Source: Fervidobacterium sp.
GTDB taxonomy: Bacteria > Thermotogota > Thermotogae > Thermotogales > Fervidobacteriaceae
Direction: 5' to 3'
Length of the DNA stretch: 64,000 nt
NCBI GenBank assembly: GCA_049970055.1
Contig: JBMFNR010000001.1
Location: 597,165-661,164, forward strand
The notes below the pieces were generated by a model that saw nothing but the letters and a program-made list of their open reading frames with translations, did no database searches and was not told the DNA's origin. Made by a program: the position numbers and the translations under genes. Each line of letters begins with the position of its first letter. Position 1 is the first letter of the stretch. Shown here in pieces: positions 54,671 through 64,000 of the stretch.

Positions 54671-55936
54671 ATGAAACGTATACTTCCAGCGCTTTTACTG
54701 CTTTTATTGTTTTTCTCATTTAATGCATTTTCTTCAAACGCCCTCACTCAAACTCTTGAGAAAGAATATAAGGCTTCGTTTTTGTATTTCTTAGAGCAGG
54801 CTAATGTTGATGAAGATAGCCCTGGATATGGTCTTGTCAGAGATAGATACCCTGGAAATCCGACTATAGCAAGCATTGCATCGACTGGTTTTGGACTTAG
54901 CGCAATCGTTATTGGTGTTGAAGAAAAGTGGATATCAAGGCAAGATGGTGAAAAAAGAATTGTTGGGACGTTAAAAACATTACTGAAACTGGATAATTTT
55001 TATGGATTTTTCTATCATTTTCTTGATATTAATACTGGTAAGCGAGCTTGGGAAAGTGAAATTTCGAGTATTGATACAGCAATTCTTATGTGTGGTGTTC
55101 TGACAGCAGGAAAGTACTTTGGTGGACAGGCATGGGAACTTGCTAAGCAATTGTACGAACGGGTAAATTGGAATAAGATGCTTAATCCTGTTAAGAACTA
55201 CTTTTACATGGCTTACAAACCAGAAAAGGGTTTTGAAGGGTATTGGGATTTTTATGCTGAGCAGCTTATGCTCTACATACTTGCAGCGGGTACACCGAAT
55301 GAAAAGTATAGAATAGACGAAACAGTTTATTATGCATTTAAACGTAACTATGGAAGTTATAAAACAGAGAGTTTCATACATTCTTGGTTTGGCTCATTAT
55401 TCACCTATCAGTACTCACACGCTTGGGTTGATTTTAGAAATTACATAGATAAAATGGGAATTAACTGGTATAAAAATTCTACCTTAGCAAGTCTTGCTAA
55501 TTATTATTTTTGTCAAGACAACAAGGATAAATTCAAAAGCTTCAAAGTCGGTTGGGGTGTTACAGCATGTGATACACCTAATGGTTACAATGGATTACTA
55601 GGTACACCGCCTTCTGGGAATAACAACACGGCACATAAAATTGATGGAACTATCGCCCCATCAGGAGCAATTGGTTCCATTGTTTTTACACAAAAGGAAT
55701 CACTTTGGGCGATCGAAAATTATTATAAATTACCTGAACTTGTTGGGAAGTACGGATTAAAAGATTCATTTAACCTCGACATGAACTGGTTCGCGACAGA
55801 TTACATAGGTATCGACAAGGGAATAACACTATTGATGATAGCGAACTACAAAAATGATCTCATATGGGATGTGTTTATGAGCGTACCCTATGTTAATACT
55901 GGATTAAAAAATCTCGGCTTTAGCAAAGTCAAATAG
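54671..55936 (+). CDS. GH144-like (glucoamylase-family) beta-1,2-glucanase, exported
   Basis: Signal peptide; GLVRDR, SIASTGFGL, GFFYHF, EISSIDT, YAE, LFTYQYSHAW, IGIDKG. Confidence 0.8.
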   Translation: MKRILPALLLLLLFFSFNAFSSNALTQTLEKEYKASFLYFLEQANVDEDSPGYGLVRDRYPGNPTIASIASTGFGLSAIVIGVEEKWISRQDGEKRIVGTLKTLLKLDNFYGFFYHFLDINTGKRAWESEISSIDTAILMCGVLTAGKYFGGQAWELAKQLYERVNWNKMLNPVKNYFYMAYKPEKGFEGYWDFYAEQLMLYILAAGTPNEKYRIDETVYYAFKRNYGSYKTESFIHSWFGSLFTYQYSHAWVDFRNYIDKMGINWYKNSTLASLANYYFCQDNKDKFKSFKVGWGVTACDTPNGYNGLLGTPPSGNNNTAHKIDGTIAPSGAIGSIVFTQKESLWAIENYYKLPELVGKYGLKDSFNLDMNWFATDYIGIDKGITLLMIANYKNDLIWDVFMSVPYVNTGLKNLGFSKVK

Positions 55937-55955
55937 TCCTGGAGGGATGGTTTAG

Positions 55956-57146
55956 ATGAATGCGAAGGATGTTTTAGAACTTGAACAAAAACTCTCCTTT
56001 GATTTCTTTTGGAATGAGATTTCTGAAACGAAATGTGGCTACGGTTTGATTATAGATAATACTGGCAATAGACAAGTGTCAAGCATTGCTTCAGTAGGAT
56101 TTGGATTGAGTGCTATACCTATCGGAATTGAAAATGGTTGGATTACAACAGATGAGGGAAGAAAACGTGCAGTTAGAACACTTGAAACATTTTTAAACAA
56201 TGTAGAACAAAAAGAAGGATTCTACCTACATTTTGTTAGTATGAATGATGGAAGGAGAACATGGAACTCGGAAATCTCAATTATCGATACTGCTCTTTTT
56301 TTGATGGGTGCTTTAACAGTAGGCGAGTACTTTGGTGGGGAAGTGTACAGCCTATTCGAAAAAATATATGCAAGAGTTAATTTTCCATGGTACCTTGACA
56401 AAGCGACAAATCAGTTTTACATGGGTTATAGCTACGAACGCGGTTTTTGGGGGCATTGGGACAGATATGCTGAACAACTCATAATGTATATATTAGGCGT
56501 TGCGTCACCGACACATCCTATACAACCGGATGTTTATTATTCATTCCACAGGGATATTGGAAAATACAAAGGGTATGAATTGATTTACACATACACTGGT
56601 TCTCTTTTTACATATCAATTTTCACATGCCTGGATAGATTTCAGAAATTTAAAGGACAAAGACGGAATAAATTGGTATGAAAATTCAATAAAAGCCTCCA
56701 TGGCAAACTGGGAGTACTGCAAAGAAATGCACAGTAAGTTCGAGACGTTGCATGAACACTCTTGGGGATTAACTGCATGTGATTCACCAGATGGTTATCG
56801 TGGAGATTTTGGCGCTCCACCTTCCGGGAACAACAACACACAACACTTCGTAGATGGAACAGTTCCACCATGTGGAGCGATAGGTTCCATTGTTTTTGTA
56901 CCAGAAATAGTTGAGAGAACTGTGCTGTATTATTATGATCAGGTGGCGGAACTTTGGGGTGCATACGGTTTTAAAGATGCCTATAATATGGACAGAAATT
57001 GGGTATCGAATGTATACATTGGTATAGATAAAGGCATAGAATTGTTAATGATAGAAAACTACAAGAGTAGTATGATTTGGGAGATCGTTATGAGAAACAA
57101 GTACATAAAACATGCTTTAGAGCTTCTCGAACTCAAAAACAAATAA
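55956..57146 (+). CDS. GH144-like beta-1,2-glucanase paralog, cytoplasmic
   Basis: Same motifs as the upstream paralog; no signal peptide. Confidence 0.8.
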   Translation: MNAKDVLELEQKLSFDFFWNEISETKCGYGLIIDNTGNRQVSSIASVGFGLSAIPIGIENGWITTDEGRKRAVRTLETFLNNVEQKEGFYLHFVSMNDGRRTWNSEISIIDTALFLMGALTVGEYFGGEVYSLFEKIYARVNFPWYLDKATNQFYMGYSYERGFWGHWDRYAEQLIMYILGVASPTHPIQPDVYYSFHRDIGKYKGYELIYTYTGSLFTYQFSHAWIDFRNLKDKDGINWYENSIKASMANWEYCKEMHSKFETLHEHSWGLTACDSPDGYRGDFGAPPSGNNNTQHFVDGTVPPCGAIGSIVFVPEIVERTVLYYYDQVAELWGAYGFKDAYNMDRNWVSNVYIGIDKGIELLMIENYKSSMIWEIVMRNKYIKHALELLELKNK

Positions 57147-57169
57147 AAATCCCCCTTTCGGGGGATTTT
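57146..57169. terminator. Bidirectional terminator
   Basis: AAAATCCCCC-TTTC-GGGGGATTTT. Confidence 0.85.
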
Positions 57170-57220
57170 CTTCCATTGGGAGGGGAGGATAGGTGGTACT
57201 GGATTATTTTAACGTTTACC

Positions 57221-57484
57221 TCAAGACCATTTATCTTCAATAAGCTCTTTTAAGCGTTTATACTCATCTTCCGTTATTTCACCCTTTGCCAATCGTTCCC
57301 TCAATATCGAAACGTACGTGCCTTTTTCGTTAGCTCGGAATAATGGTAATCTTGAAAAGAAAAGTTTGTAAACGATAAAAATACCGAGCAGAAACAATCC
57401 GAATGAAACTAATGGTCTTATCCACCATAGCCCGGCCGACACAAATGGAAATCCGAAAAATCCATAATTAAAACATCGCCACAT
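57221..57484 (-). CDS. Small membrane protein with SHOCT domain
   Basis: TM segment then ILRERLAKGEITEDEYKRLK; SD AAGGAG. Confidence 0.85.
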   Translation of the reverse strand: MWRCFNYGFFGFPFVSAGLWWIRPLVSFGLFLLGIFIVYKLFFSRLPLFRANEKGTYVSILRERLAKGEITEDEYKRLKELIEDKWS

Positions 57485-57547
57485 ACAAATCAACTCCTTT
57501 CATTGCAATCTCACTCATTTTTACTTTCGATTTTCAATTCCACTTAC

Positions 57548-57653
57548 ATTATACTACAATAAACCTTAGAAAATACTTAGAAATAATGTCAATGTTTTAA
57601 GCTTTTTCTAAAATTGACTGTAGTATAATATAACTTGGATTGTAGTATAATAT
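57548..57653. promoter_or_regulatory. Mirror-image divergent promoters with direct-repeat boxes
   Basis: TTTCTAAG-N3-TTTCTAAG-N6-TGTAGTATAAT (minus) and GTTTTAAG-N3-TTTCTAAA-N6-TGTAGTATAAT (plus); extra TGTAGTATAAT at 57641. Confidence 0.6.
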
Positions 57654-57715
57654 TAAGTGGGTATAACTACGTGGTATTAGCGTGACAATAACCACTAAAC
57701 AAGGAGGTATATCTT

Positions 57716-58654
57716 ATGAAGAAGGTACTTTTAGTTACGTCGGTTGTTTTTGTTCTTTTAACTGTCTTTAGTTGCACTCAAATTTCTGATCTTTTATCTC
57801 CAAACCCGAAAGTTTCCGTTGTCATCACATCGGGTTCAGAAGGTTCTGGTGATGTTGTGAAACCTCAGGAATATTCTGGAAACAACCTGCTCGGTTTGCC
57901 ACAAGTGGTAGAAGCACCGTGGGTAAAAGAGATTCAAAGGCTCGTAGTGAAAGTTTCAAAATTTTCCTACAAGTACTCTACCGGACCTGGTGAGTCAAAA
58001 TGGGCTACGCCGACCTCTGTTGATCAAGTTGTAGATTTTGTGACACTTGATTCAACCGAAGTTGGGTGGCTTACATTCGATGCACCTAAAGGTGCCGTTA
58101 TTCTTGCTATAGGATTTGAGATCACACAAGCTACCGTTACTATAAATAACACCGAATATCCAGCTAGGTTACCAAATCCAGCGGGTACAAAAATTGTGCT
58201 AAAAAATCTGAACTGGTCGATAAGTGAAGACGGTCAAATTGCACTCAGTATCGACTGGACAAGAAGTATAATCAAAATACTCCCAAGTGAATATATGCTT
58301 GTTCCGAGGATTGCGTATCGCTGGAGAGGGACACTTAAGGACCTTTGGGCTATCGAGGGTACGGTGAAGGTAAATGGAGCAGCACCAACTGAACCTCTTT
58401 TGATAGGTTTATTTAATGGCACTGATACAACCGCTACACCAGTTGTTTTGAAAATGATCCCCGTCGCAAGAAAGGGTGAGTTCTACCTTGGAAAACATAA
58501 ACCTGGAACGTACACCGTAGTTCTTTGGGATAGCCTGTCATTCACCTATGAAGGAACTAGTATCACACTTACGGCCCACAAAGCAATCGATGAGACTTTT
58601 GAACACGGAAAAACAAATGCAACCACAAAACTGGAACTTAGTTACACAAAATAA
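57716..58654 (+). CDS. Lipoprotein, DUF4382-like
   Basis: Lipobox VFSC; IDWTRSII...YMLVPRI resembles the DUF4382 C-terminal motif. Confidence 0.65.
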   Translation: MKKVLLVTSVVFVLLTVFSCTQISDLLSPNPKVSVVITSGSEGSGDVVKPQEYSGNNLLGLPQVVEAPWVKEIQRLVVKVSKFSYKYSTGPGESKWATPTSVDQVVDFVTLDSTEVGWLTFDAPKGAVILAIGFEITQATVTINNTEYPARLPNPAGTKIVLKNLNWSISEDGQIALSIDWTRSIIKILPSEYMLVPRIAYRWRGTLKDLWAIEGTVKVNGAAPTEPLLIGLFNGTDTTATPVVLKMIPVARKGEFYLGKHKPGTYTVVLWDSLSFTYEGTSITLTAHKAIDETFEHGKTNATTKLELSYTK

Positions 58655-58667
58655 TTAGCATTTCGGA

Positions 58668-58703
58668 AAAAATCAGGCACTTCGGATGAAGTGCCTGATT
58701 TTT
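58668..58703. terminator. Bidirectional terminator
   Basis: AAAAATCAGGCACTTC-GGAT-GAAGTGCCTGATTTTT. Confidence 0.9.
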
Positions 58704-58918
58704 CATTGTACGTTTGTTATTTTCCGCAATTTTCTCAGATAAACGTAAATTAGCACAGCGCTAAGTATGGTTGTTCCTATCAAAGATGTCCAAGATAAAA
58801 TTATCTGCCAAATTTGCATTCTTAAATCCGAAAATATGTAGGTCAATGGAAAAAGTACCCCAAATGCCAAACTGATTGTGAAACCCTCAATTAGAAAAAC
58901 AGCTAAGATGGAAAATCT
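58703..58918 (-). pseudogene. C-terminal fragment of a small membrane protein interrupted by the island
   Basis: Hydrophobic ORF whose apparent start codon lies inside the 55-bp repeat and lacks an SD. Confidence 0.55.
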
Positions 58919-58970
58919 TGACTTTGTCAATTAGGAGTGGTTATTGAGCTAACAAAAAATGACAAAGTCT
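58916..58970. repeat. 55-bp direct repeat, copy 1 (probable IS1634 left end)
   Basis: Identical to 63713-63767; internal inverted repeat GACTTTGTCA...TGACAAAGTC. Confidence 0.9.
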
Positions 58971-59850
58971 TAATTTATGCGGGTTTTGAAAATAGAAAAA
59001 TAAAAAATTTTAAAAATTGTAGTGGCAAATTAGAGTCTGAAAGGTATTATTAATACTTTATATTTTGAATATATTGTGGTATAATTATTTAAAATACCTT
59101 TGATGAGCTACCATATGTTTGTCAAAATAACTAATGCTGGCGGTTACCAGTATGTTAGATTAGTCGAAAACTATCGTGAAAATGGCAAGGTTAAGCAAAG
59201 AGTGCTATTCAATTTTGGTAGACTTGATCTCCTCAAAAATGATCCTGCTTTTAGAAACATTGTAAAAAAACTATCTGATATTGTTGAAAGAACAACTACT
59301 GACAATACAGAAGCTGTTACTATTGAATCTGAAGAGGATGTATCGGATGCAGTTATAAAAAAATTGGGGGTACATTGTATTCAGAAAGTTATGGGAAGAA
59401 CTTGAAATAGATAAATTTTTAAAAGAGAGAGCAACAAGGGGGCGAAAGATAAAATTTGATGCAGACAAAGTAAGTTTTTTGATGACAATACAGAGATTGA
59501 TAGAACCTATGAGCAAACTGAGAACTTATCATGAGAAGAATAGATATTTTGGATTTGAAGAGGATATAGATTTAAATCAGTTATACAGGTGTTTAGATTT
59601 TCTTGACAGTATAAAAGAGGATTTAGAGACATACCTGTATCAGAGAAATAGGGATTTATTTAAGATGGTGGTTGATATAGTTTTTTATGACGTGACGACA
59701 ATATACTTTGAGAGTTGTAGAGCCGATGGACTTAGAAATTTTGGTTTTAGCAAAGACAACAAGATAAATGAAGTACAGGTTGTGTTAGGCTTTTGGTAGA
59801 CAAAGAAGGCAGACCGATAGGTTATGAACTTTTTCCTGGCAATACGATAT
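58917..59850 (+). mobile_element. IS1634-family element remnant (transposase pseudogene 59115-~59850)
   Basis: MFVKITNAGGYQYVRLVENYRENGKVKQR, FYDVTTIYFES, FGFSKD, GRPIGYELFPGN; frameshifts near 59360 and 59790; 3'-truncated. Confidence 0.85.
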
Positions 59851-60140
59851 ACTAAAGCAGGTTCAAAATCCGATAGAAGTGATATAATAGAATCATGATA
59901 CCAAAACAACAGAGATTATCGGATGAAGAATTAAAAAAACTTATAGAACTCTACGACAGCGTCAAAAGGAACGGAACCAGCGTAAAAACCCTCATAAGGA
60001 TAAATTGTGTTATAGCGTGGGGCAAAGGATGGGAATGGTCGACGATAGAAGACATTCTAATGGTATCAAAGGATATCACAGAAGATTCGATTGAAAAATA
60101 CAGATTTTTTGGTATCAATGGTCTTGTTGAGAACCGATAG
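59851..60140 (+). mobile_element. IS630-like transposase N-terminal HTH fragment
   Basis: RINCVIAWGKG..WSTIEDILMVS......IEKY...GINGL; begins at a TA where the IS1634 ORF breaks off. Confidence 0.5.
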
Positions 60141-60206
60141 GAGAAATAAATTCTGGGGTATATATAAATCAGATGATTTTGTATAAAATCAAAGGAGGGG
60201 TGTGGT

Positions 60207-61784
60207 ATGAAAAAGGTTCAGATGTTGTTGTACATTCTTTTGGCCTTACTTGTTGTCGATTCGATCTTTGCAATTGTGTTCAAAGATATGACCTATGTGC
60301 TCGTTACGTCTCTTGTAGCACTTGGTGTGGCAGTAATTTTTGCAATCTTTTTCTACATTGTTTTTATCCTGCCAATAAGATTTCTTAATTTCAAAACACC
60401 CGAGACAGAAAAACTTGACATAGTTGAACTTTCAAGCCTTGACAAACATTTAGGATTAAAAAGACTCGGGTTAAGAATCGGAATGATTTTCGAAAAGATA
60501 AGATCACAACTTAAGAATTTGTTTAAAGGTATAAGAGCAAACGCGGTAAATAGCAGTACCGTTTCAAGAAATCTGAGAAGTTTTGCGACGGAATTCAGCG
60601 AGATGGAAAATGCCCTAAAAAAGGTTAATGCTTCCGTCCAGAATATCTCGGCCGCAATAGAGGAATTGAACGCCTCGATAGAAGAGGTTGCATCTTCAAG
60701 CCAGACACTTGCAAAGTCTGCCCAGGATCTTTCAGAAACTTCAAATGGCGTTTCAGAAAATGCATCGAAGGGGGAGAAAGCCCTTAAAGAGATTGGCGAG
60801 AAAATGGATGATTTCAAATCGAAGGTAAGTCACATAAGCGATCAGGCAAAATCCCTTACAAATTACGTCAATCTCATAAATGAAGCGGTATCGGTGATAT
60901 CGAGCATATCTGACCAGACAAACCTGCTTGCTCTTAACGCTGCAATAGAGGCTGCACGTGCAGGAGAGGCTGGAAAAGGATTTGCCGTTGTGGCCGATGA
61001 GATAAGAAAACTTGCCGAAGAGAGCAAAAATGCGGCATTAAAAATAGGAAATAATCTCAAAGACGTTATCTCGGGAATTGGCGAGATCTCGAAAAACATA
61101 TCAAGCGTGAATGAACAACTTTCCCAGATTCTAAAAAACAACGAAGAGACAACTTCTACAATTGTCTCGATACTCGATTCAGTTACCTCGATGAATTCGC
61201 ACATATCCAACATAGCGGCAAGTGCCCAGGAATTTAGCGCATCGGTCGAAGAGATGACTGCCGCATCGAAGAACATAACTGATATGTCAACAGAAGTTAG
61301 CAGTGCGATGGGTTCTATAGAAGAGAAGATAAATGATATATCATCCCAGCTTCAAGAACTTGTCTCAAATGCAGAAAGGTCTATAGCGGAAACCCAAGAG
61401 ATAGTTAGAGAACTTACAACTTACACAATTTATTCAAAGGTAGAATTCGCCGATCAACTGCAGGAGGCGATAGATGCGCACAGAAACTGGCTTAATAAAC
61501 TCGAGAGCGGCGTACAAAACGGAAAGGCCGTGGACTTAGAAACAGATCCGCACAGATGCAACTTTGGAATACTCATGTATTCTGTGACGCCTCCAGTTGA
61601 GATAAAGAGCGAGTGGAAAAGGGTTGAGACACTTCATTCGGAAGTTCACGAATACGGTGGTAAAGTTATTGAGGCGCTCAAATCAAAAGATATTTCGGGA
61701 TCGAAAGACTACTTCAGCCACGCCAAATCGAGTGCGGATGAACTTATAAAGCTCCTTACAGATTTGCAGGCAAAATTGAGATAA
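60207..61784 (+). CDS. Methyl-accepting chemotaxis protein with C-terminal CZB zinc-binding domain
   Basis: [39 protein letters not shown] and H..VH of CZB. Confidence 0.92.
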   Translation: MKKVQMLLYILLALLVVDSIFAIVFKDMTYVLVTSLVALGVAVIFAIFFYIVFILPIRFLNFKTPETEKLDIVELSSLDKHLGLKRLGLRIGMIFEKIRSQLKNLFKGIRANAVNSSTVSRNLRSFATEFSEMENALKKVNASVQNISAAIEELNASIEEVASSSQTLAKSAQDLSETSNGVSENASKGEKALKEIGEKMDDFKSKVSHISDQAKSLTNYVNLINEAVSVISSISDQTNLLALNAAIEAARAGEAGKGFAVVADEIRKLAEESKNAALKIGNNLKDVISGIGEISKNISSVNEQLSQILKNNEETTSTIVSILDSVTSMNSHISNIAASAQEFSASVEEMTAASKNITDMSTEVSSAMGSIEEKINDISSQLQELVSNAERSIAETQEIVRELTTYTIYSKVEFADQLQEAIDAHRNWLNKLESGVQNGKAVDLETDPHRCNFGILMYSVTPPVEIKSEWKRVETLHSEVHEYGGKVIEALKSKDISGSKDYFSHAKSSADELIKLLTDLQAKLR

Positions 61785-61810
61785 AGAAGCGGATTACTCC
61801 GCTTCTTTAT
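61781..61810. terminator. Terminator
   Basis: ATAAAGAAGCGGA-TTAC-TCCGCTTCTTTAT. Confidence 0.85.
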
Positions 61811-62341
61811 TTCGAGAGAGAATAAAAGTCTATTCCGGGTCTTATTCCGTTTGGATACCATCCTTTATGTACGGCTTAGGAAGATTCCAAATGGCTGATC
61901 TGTCCAGATGTAGAAAGCGTTATTGTAATCCAGTTCTTCGAGTTGTTTGACTATTTCGGCGCGTTTCAAAAGATTGGACGTGGTAAGTAAGTCGTTTACA
62001 GGCGGAGGCCATCTCGGAGGCATCCTGCCCTTCGCTTAAAGTAAATGAGCATTCGGCTTTTAAAATAAGTTAAGTATATTTATGATGTTATTTGTAGGAA
62101 TCATACTTGTGGGGGATGTACCTATACACGTAATAAATTATTTTATCTCCCGGTGGATAACTGCATGTAAATGAAAAGGTAGGGTTCAAAGAAACACCTA
62201 CTTGACCGTTATAGGGAGAAGGATTAGAAGGAGTGCCTAAATACTTATGAATACTCAAAAAAATGAAGTTTACACAATTTTATTGACAAAGCCAAGCCTA
62301 AATCTCCCAAGAAATTCTTTACTTTTTAGAACATGGCTGAG

Positions 62342-62578
62342 TTAAAGAGATATCTCGCATTTGTCATGACCGACAAGCACATTTTTGTTAACTGTTTCTA
62401 TGATTATCTTTCCCATATCCGCCTGTCTTGATGCATTAAGTATTTCTATTGCAACCGCTTTTTTATCGTTATCATAATCAATTATGATCTCTTCATTTAT
62501 TTGATCGGTATCTTCGATTTTTTTGTCGCTAAATCTAACGTATATGGCATCTGCTTCCTTTGAATAATTTATTTTCAT
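62342..62578 (-). CDS. DUF2283 family protein (putative antitoxin)
   Basis: MKINYSKEADAIYVRF...IIIDYD....VAIEILNAS. Confidence 0.85.
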   Translation of the reverse strand: MKINYSKEADAIYVRFSDKKIEDTDQINEEIIIDYDNDKKAVAIEILNASRQADMGKIIIETVNKNVLVGHDKCEISL

Positions 62579-62725
62579 TTTGACTCTCCTTTCGAAAGAT
62601 ATTTCGATATTCTCTTTGTAAAATATGCGCTTATTATCTTGTCACCATCAACAATGACTCTTAGCAGTTTATCTTCAAACTTCTTTTGATAAATTTTTCT
62701 TTCATGACTTCCCGCCACTATTTCA
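62575..62725 (-). pseudogene. 5'-truncated DUF4258-like putative toxin
   Basis: EIVAGSHERKIYQKKFEDKLLRVIVDGDKIISAYFTKRISKY; stop overlaps the DUF2283 start (ATGA); no start codon. Confidence 0.65.
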
Positions 62726-62782
62726 TTATGCTGCGGCCTAAAATCACCTTTCCAGCATCTGCTACCTCTATTTTACCAGATA

Positions 62783-63145
62783 TCACCAGTTCGCTTTCGA
62801 TAGATCTTTTGCAACCTCTTCGTCTGTCAGCTGCAAATATTTCTGCGTCGTCGATAAACTCGCATGGCCCAACATTCTCCGGATGCTTTCAATGTTAGTG
62901 CCGTTCTTTAAATACAAAGTGGCAGCCGTGTGCCTGAGCGTATGAGGATGAATCGGTTTCTTGATTCCCGCTTTCTTTGCCAAGTCTTTGACCAATAATT
63001 CAACCCTGCGTCGAGAAATCTCAAAAAGCGGATCTTCAAGCGGGATCCCGCGGATATAGCCTTTCAAAAGCTTGACAAGCGACTTGTCAACTATTGGAAT
63101 GCGCCTGTCTTTCTTTCCTTTTGTATGCCTTATCAGAATAAAGGT
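62783..63145 (-). pseudogene. Tyrosine recombinase/integrase C-terminal fragment
   Basis: HTKGKKDR, HPHTLRH, LGH, TTQKY; N-terminal half missing. Confidence 0.85.
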
Positions 63146-63153
63146 TATCCAGT

Positions 63154-63345
63154 TATCCTACAAATCTTTCTCAATATCTTAAGATACTTTCTGAAGCAGG
63201 AATTTTAGAAAACAAAAAAGTTAGTTTGCACATATTCTATAAAGTTAAAAATAAGAAAATGGTGGAGAGAATACTAAGAGATGTTGAAGAATATGTAGAT
63301 ATTCTTCAAAAAGAATCAATAGAATCTCTGGGTGATAATAATTAA
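63154..63345 (+). pseudogene. ArsR/SmtB-family regulator C-terminal fragment
   Basis: NLSQYLKILSEAGILENKKVSLHIFYKV; no start codon. Confidence 0.6.
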
Positions 63346-63712
63346 GAAAAATATAATTCTCTTACAAATAGTAGTTTAAGAGACAGCAAGAGTAAATGGT
63401 GTTTTTGTTTTTTAGTGGGATTTTAAAGCCATACTATTACTATTTTAATATTTTTTACGCATAATTATAGTATTTTCTTTTTTTATCTGTTTTTTAACTA
63501 CTTTTGTAAAAGCAGTTTTAAAAACACGAACTGACAACTGCTATCTCCTTTATATACTCTCTCAAACGCTCAGGATACATAATCACAATCAAAAGTTGAT
63601 TTAATATTGTAAGAAATAGGCCTTTATACTTTACGTAAAGTTATTTATAGTCATAACACAAAAGTTGAAATTTAAATACAATGTAAGCCTTCTGGAGGTG
63701 TCAAATTCTTTT

Positions 63713-63767
63713 TCTTGACTTTGTCAATTAGGAGTGGTTATTGAGCTAACAAAAAATGACAAAGTCT
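63713..63767. repeat. 55-bp direct repeat, copy 2
   Basis: Identical to 58916-58970. Confidence 0.9.
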
Positions 63768-63847
63768 GGCTTTTCTTTGACTTTCTGAAATACTTTTGTT
63801 GGTGAAATAACAAGATTCAGAAGATTTGATGGCTTCAAGTATTCCAT
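63767..63847 (-). pseudogene. N-terminal fragment of a Yip1-like membrane protein
   Basis: Strong SD AAGGAGGAG plus ATG; MEYLKPSNLLNLVISPTKVFQKVKEKP runs into the repeat and stops. Confidence 0.6.
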
Positions 63848-64000
63848 ACCTTAAACTCCTCCTTTTTAATTTAATCAAAATTTGCACAGTTACTTCTATT
63901 TAGTATGATTATTAAAATATCAACCACCTTTTATATTATAATTCATTTTCCAGTTTAAAACAACAATATTTTATGAACCTTTAATTTTGTTAAAATATTT

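Noticed and set aside
59357..59363. A7 run as a programmed frameshift in the IS1634 transposase
   Set aside because: A second frameshift and the truncation indicate decay; IS1634 transposases are normally single ORFs
61811..62340. Coding-like remnant on the minus strand (LKRAEIVKQLEELDYNNAFYIW...)
   Set aside because: Short, interrupted and not assignable to any family
63515..63538. AACTGACAA as a possible IS1634 right end
   Set aside because: Only a short partial match to the inverted left end, with no transposase 3' sequence next to it

Overview
AT-rich bacterial chromosome segment, most likely Thermotogota and Fervidobacterium-like. Grounds are the fused pyrBI, hydCBA followed by rex, TM1266-type regulators beside hydG/hydE, and hydF followed by an aspartase. 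Left part: housekeeping and envelope genes (LptD-like, tilS, ftsH, pyrBI, glycosyltransferases, wecB, sigH). From 10.7 to 34.7 kb lies an almost complete H2-metabolism neighbourhood: trimeric bifurcating [FeFe]-hydrogenase plus Rex, a monomeric [FeFe]-hydrogenase, hydG/hydE/hydF, two TM1266-like regulators, an ABC importer and an aspartase. From 34.8 to 57.1 kb is a LacI-controlled sugar locus that looks like beta-1,2-glucan utilisation (2x GH35, GH94, 2x GH144, and an 8-gene ABC module with NHL/Yip1 and DUF5696-like proteins). The right end holds a decayed ~4.85-kb island bounded by a 55-bp direct repeat that appears to split a small membrane-protein gene. Best novel candidates: (1) a C-rich small RNA just downstream of rex, complementary to the ribosome-binding regions of both hydrogenases; (2) a terminator/antiterminator switch in the hydG-operon leader; (3) the beta-1,2-glucan pathway and its uncharacterised transporter module. 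All family calls come from motif recognition by eye, not database searches.
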